Below are positions 26,257-29,172 of a DNA stretch of 29,172 nucleotides, piece after piece (positions within the stretch are counted from its first letter, which is position 1; every line of letters starts with the position of its first letter). The notes beneath the pieces are model-generated. The model saw only the letters and a list, made by a program, of their open reading frames with translations. It ran no database searches and was not told the origin of the DNA. The position numbers were made by a program, and so were the translations under genes. Source of the stretch: a virus (lineage: Duplodnaviria; Heunggongvirae; Uroviricota; Caudoviricetes); IMG/VR virus record IMGVR_UViG_3300021399_000107, positions 1 to 29,172 of that record; one strand, written 5' to 3'.

Positions 26257-26409
26257 ATGTACAAACTGAGCGAGAACGACAATATCGAGAGCCTGCTGCA
26301 CTTGCTGGATAAGTGGGCGGCGCAGCCCGACTACGCGGCGATGATTCGCGGCCGCCTGCCCCGTGACTATGACGCAGTGCTGGTCTATATCGCTGCTGTC
26401 AACGATTAA
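26257..26409 (+). CDS. 50-aa hypothetical protein, not in ORF track
   Basis: TTGACA-17-TATTAT promoter at 26178, AAAGGAG RBS, MYKLSENDNIESLLHLLDKW... Confidence 0.7.
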   Translation: MYKLSENDNIESLLHLLDKWAAQPDYAAMIRGRLPRDYDAVLVYIAAVND

Positions 26410-26478
26410 TGCTAAGGGGCTTGCGTGATGTGAACGTCACGCAAGCCCCGCCCCAACAACAATAGAGGAGGAATCATC

Positions 26479-26976
26479 ATGAAAAAATCTCTGTCTGAAC
26501 TCATCGCCGAACGCAAGGCGAACGCGGAGCAAATGCGCGACTATATCGCGCGGATGGTAGAGCGCAACAGCGCGCGCTATTACATCATTGCCTATGGCCG
26601 TGACGGCGCGCGCGAGGGTGGCAAGCTGTACGCCATTACAGTGGCGGCTGCCGACTTGCCTGATGCAATCGCGGAGGACTGCGTGATGTCGGTAACAAGC
26701 GCAGACCACGGTTGCAAGCCTTGTATCCGCTTTTGTCCCCTTGCGGCGCGCGTCGACGCAGTGCGCATGTCGGGCCGCGCTCATGTCGTTGTCGTACCGG
26801 ATGGCAAGGGCAATAAAGGCGAACGCGCTGAGGTTGAGTTACTGCGCGAGTTTGGTTTGGAGCGCAACCCTCAGCCGCAAACGTCCCTGTACGCGCCGGA
26901 CGGGTTTTCCCGTTGCGGATGGGCATTTCAGATTAAAACGCCCGGCGCAACGGTGGACATTTTGACGGGGCTTTAA
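26479..26976 (+). CDS. Putative PD-(D/E)xK nuclease-like protein (paralog 2)
   Basis: GAGGAGG RBS; NKGERAE ... PD ... QIK...AT; terminator over the stop. Confidence 0.58.
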   Translation: MKKSLSELIAERKANAEQMRDYIARMVERNSARYYIIAYGRDGAREGGKLYAITVAAADLPDAIAEDCVMSVTSADHGCKPCIRFCPLAARVDAVRMSGRAHVVVVPDGKGNKGERAEVELLREFGLERNPQPQTSLYAPDGFSRCGWAFQIKTPGATVDILTGL

Positions 26977-27256
26977 GCCCCGTTTTTTTTGACGCCGGGC
27001 ATTTATTATCCGATAATAACTATCCCGGGCGTATGTTTCGGGCAAATCGAACACGTGTTCGGGAGTAAGGGAGCCCGCTGCCAATTCTTCCTCATGAGTC
27101 AAAAATTTTATCTTATGAGTCAAAATTTTCACCTTCATAACCAAAAATTTTTACCTATAATTCAAAAACCTCTTCACCCCAACCCTTGACTTTTTCACCC
27201 TTTTATGATAAAATAGAAACATGGGTCAGTAGACCCAAAAGGAGCGACCAATCGCT

Positions 27257-28561
27257 ATGAAGAAACCCTATTCCCTAGACTTTACTATTGACCTCGAGCG
27301 CGACCGCTTAGCTGCCGTGCGCGAAATTTTGGATACATTGGAGCGAACGCCAGCCGCCAGCGATCTCGAAACAATGGCGTCCTACATCCTATACGGCAAA
27401 GACGAAAATGGCCAAAACGCAATCCAGCGTCGCGACTGCATCGACCCCGATCGTCGCTACGGCAGCTTTCGCCGCACTGAAGAAAAAAATGAATCCCTAG
27501 AAAAAGTGCTGGATAATCCCATGACGGATCAAGCATCACTAAAGCCAGCGAATGAGCGCTACATTTACACAAAAAAGACGGAGCCCATCCACCGCCCCAA
27601 GTACGACAAGCGAACAGGCGAATTGATTGATCCGGGCGACAGCACCATTCCAGGCATGACGCAACTTTGGGAATCCATAGACCGAATTGCCCATACCGTA
27701 GCCGTAAACGAAGGCTTAGTATCCGACCCCGAAGTAGAGCTGCTGTCCAACTATCGGCTTATGCAGTTGCGCCACCAGCTAATTGACTTGCGCCGCCATC
27801 AATACTACCTGCGCGACAGCTATCGCCCCACAATCCATCCTTTGCATCTCGTGCCGCCCAAGCCGCAAACAATAGATTGGGAATCCGACTCCCAATATTG
27901 GATGCCAATAGACGCGTGGGAGCGTAAACTAGCGGCGTCATGGCTAAGCTCCCTCTCAAGGGATATACGCGACTATGAAACCAAAATTGCGCCCGATGGC
28001 ACCATTATGGTGCGTTGGCACGTCCGTTCCCATGTCTTCAATTGGGAAGACCCCAAGCATGTGCGCGCCCTTATCGACAATTATAGCGCGATCGCGCAAC
28101 AAATGCACGACAAGCTTTATGCTGACGGTCGCTACCTAGTGATGGATTTGGATCGTTACAGCACTGCCGCGCACCTAAGTGACATTCGCCAATACTGCAT
28201 GGATAGGAAAGTAGATAAGGCATCATGCGAAGAAATTCAAAGTGAGCTGACCAAACGCTTTAACGTCAATTACGCCCTATCCCACATTGCCCACATTTTG
28301 AACATCGAGATACCCGAAGAAATTGCGAAGGCGGCCCGTAAGGCGCACCTTCTTGCGGACACCCCCGCATCGGCCCGCAAGCGTTGTTCGCGTTGCAAGC
28401 GTCTATTGCCACGTCACGACCTTTTCTTTGCGCGCCATAAGCGCCACGCAGACGGCTTCTCGTCTTCCTGCAAGGAATGTGAGCGCAGAGGGCGCATGTT
28501 GAAAAACGGAGGCGAAGTTTATGACGCAAGATATAAAGATGCGCAGATGCGTCAAATGTAG
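27257..28561 (+). CDS. Phage protein with C-terminal helical/HTH-like region and CxxC...CxxC zinc finger
   Basis: 434 aa; CSRC...CKEC; TTGACT-17-TAAAAT promoter near 27186 and AAGGAG RBS. Confidence 0.75.
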   Translation: MKKPYSLDFTIDLERDRLAAVREILDTLERTPAASDLETMASYILYGKDENGQNAIQRRDCIDPDRRYGSFRRTEEKNESLEKVLDNPMTDQASLKPANERYIYTKKTEPIHRPKYDKRTGELIDPGDSTIPGMTQLWESIDRIAHTVAVNEGLVSDPEVELLSNYRLMQLRHQLIDLRRHQYYLRDSYRPTIHPLHLVPPKPQTIDWESDSQYWMPIDAWERKLAASWLSSLSRDIRDYETKIAPDGTIMVRWHVRSHVFNWEDPKHVRALIDNYSAIAQQMHDKLYADGRYLVMDLDRYSTAAHLSDIRQYCMDRKVDKASCEEIQSELTKRFNVNYALSHIAHILNIEIPEEIAKAARKAHLLADTPASARKRCSRCKRLLPRHDLFFARHKRHADGFSSSCKECERRGRMLKNGGEVYDARYKDAQMRQM

Positions 28562-29172
28562 GGAGGAAAAGCCTGAATACCAATTTCAGCGCACGCCATG
28601 TCCATTCTTTCCCTCCCATCGTTCTATCATTTGCACATCCTGTTTGGAAACGATGGTAAAGCAAGATAACCTAGGTGAAGTAGACCGCCTAATGCGCTAT
28701 CTTGACCTTCCTTTCGATCTAAACAAATGGACGCAACTTTTTGCTGTCCACAAAGACCATACCCTAACTGCCTACTTCAACCTTTTGGATACCGATCAAC
28801 ACTACGAATCCTTGAAGTGGGCAGACGAAAATGAGCGTTGGCGCCTAGCGCGCGAAGAACAAACTACCGATGAGCAGATTGCGGCCCTAGCTGAATCCAA
28901 GCGCCGCAAGCTGCAAAAAGAATGGGCGCCAACCTATTCCTTCGATGAACTTCTTTTTTTGGACAACTATTACAACCAAATTATTTCTACCCAAAACGCA
29001 TCGACCCCTATTTTGCAATCGCGCGCCCGCGACCTTTGCGAGCTAACCTTGCGCGCCAAGAAGGGTATCCGCGAAGGAATAGATGTGAAGAAGGATTTGG
29101 ATGCCATAGACAACATTATTAAGACGTGCCACTTTGACGCTTCAAGCGCAAAGAACGCGGCTGATTTTGAAT
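28521..29172 (+). CDS. Zn-finger phage protein, truncated by the window end; possibly packaging-module associated
   Basis: Hand translation MTQDIKMRRCVKC...CTSC..., open to the window end; GGAGG RBS; functional guess is inference only. Confidence 0.7.
   Translation, partial: MTQDIKMRRCVKCREEKPEYQFQRTPCPFFPSHRSIICTSCLETMVKQDNLGEVDRLMRYLDLPFDLNKWTQLFAVHKDHTLTAYFNLLDTDQHYESLKWADENERWRLAREEQTTDEQIAALAESKRRKLQKEWAPTYSFDELLFLDNYYNQIISTQNASTPILQSRARDLCELTLRAKKGIREGIDVKKDLDAIDNIIKTCHFDASSAKNAADFE

Larger units (their letters stand above)
2752..26990. terminator. Series of intrinsic terminators closing the cassettes, usually overlapping the stop codon
   Basis: GC hairpin plus U-tract, e.g. 2752-2774, 7208-7237, 13161-13184, 17208-17229, 21172-21192, 26966-26990. 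Confidence 0.9.

Noticed and set aside
27094-27170. Short ATGAGTCAAAATTTT / CAAAAATTT repeats at about 22-bp spacing upstream of the 27186 promoter
   Set aside because: Only two good copies in AT-rich DNA; may be phased A-tracts but too weak to call.
1502-28664. Numerous antisense or overlapping ORFs in the track (e.g. 2083-2526, 2809-3294, 8925-9398, 17830-18204, 23249-23743, 25978-26184, 28266-28664)
   Set aside because: Most are shadows of genes on the opposite strand; none has convincing promoter, RBS and terminator support.
27257-29172. Calling these genes terminase subunits or a sigma factor
   Set aside because: No diagnostic motifs recognised; only zinc-finger patterns are supportable without a profile search.

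Overview
This window is probably part of a large Firmicutes-type (sigma-A promoter) bacteriophage genome; that assignment is inference. It has four parts. (1) 1-1783: four iteron-like repeats, an AT-rich tract and an SF2 helicase-like gene. (2) About 1.98-22.75 kb: an array of about 42 autonomous expression cassettes. Each has a consensus promoter, an RBS, 1-2 small ORFs (in one case a tRNA-like ncRNA) and usually an intrinsic terminator. Nearly every junction carries one copy of a rigidly spaced palindrome, GT(T/A)AA-N7-GCCGGC-N7-TT(A/T)AC, extended to 52 bp by outer arms. I counted 45 copies by hand. The arms resemble the XerD half of dif and are helically phased to the -35 boxes. Cargo includes two minimal kinases, a DEDDh exonuclease, a HAD nucleotidase, an AbrB-type regulator, three wHTH paralogs and many tiny paralogous proteins. 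(3) About 22.75-26.2 kb: a mostly non-coding hub densely tiled with the same arm motif plus a second palindrome. Two distant PD-(D/E)xK-like paralogs flank its central part divergently. (4) From 27.2 kb: two larger Zn-finger-containing genes, the second running off the window. No integrase or recombinase is visible in the window.
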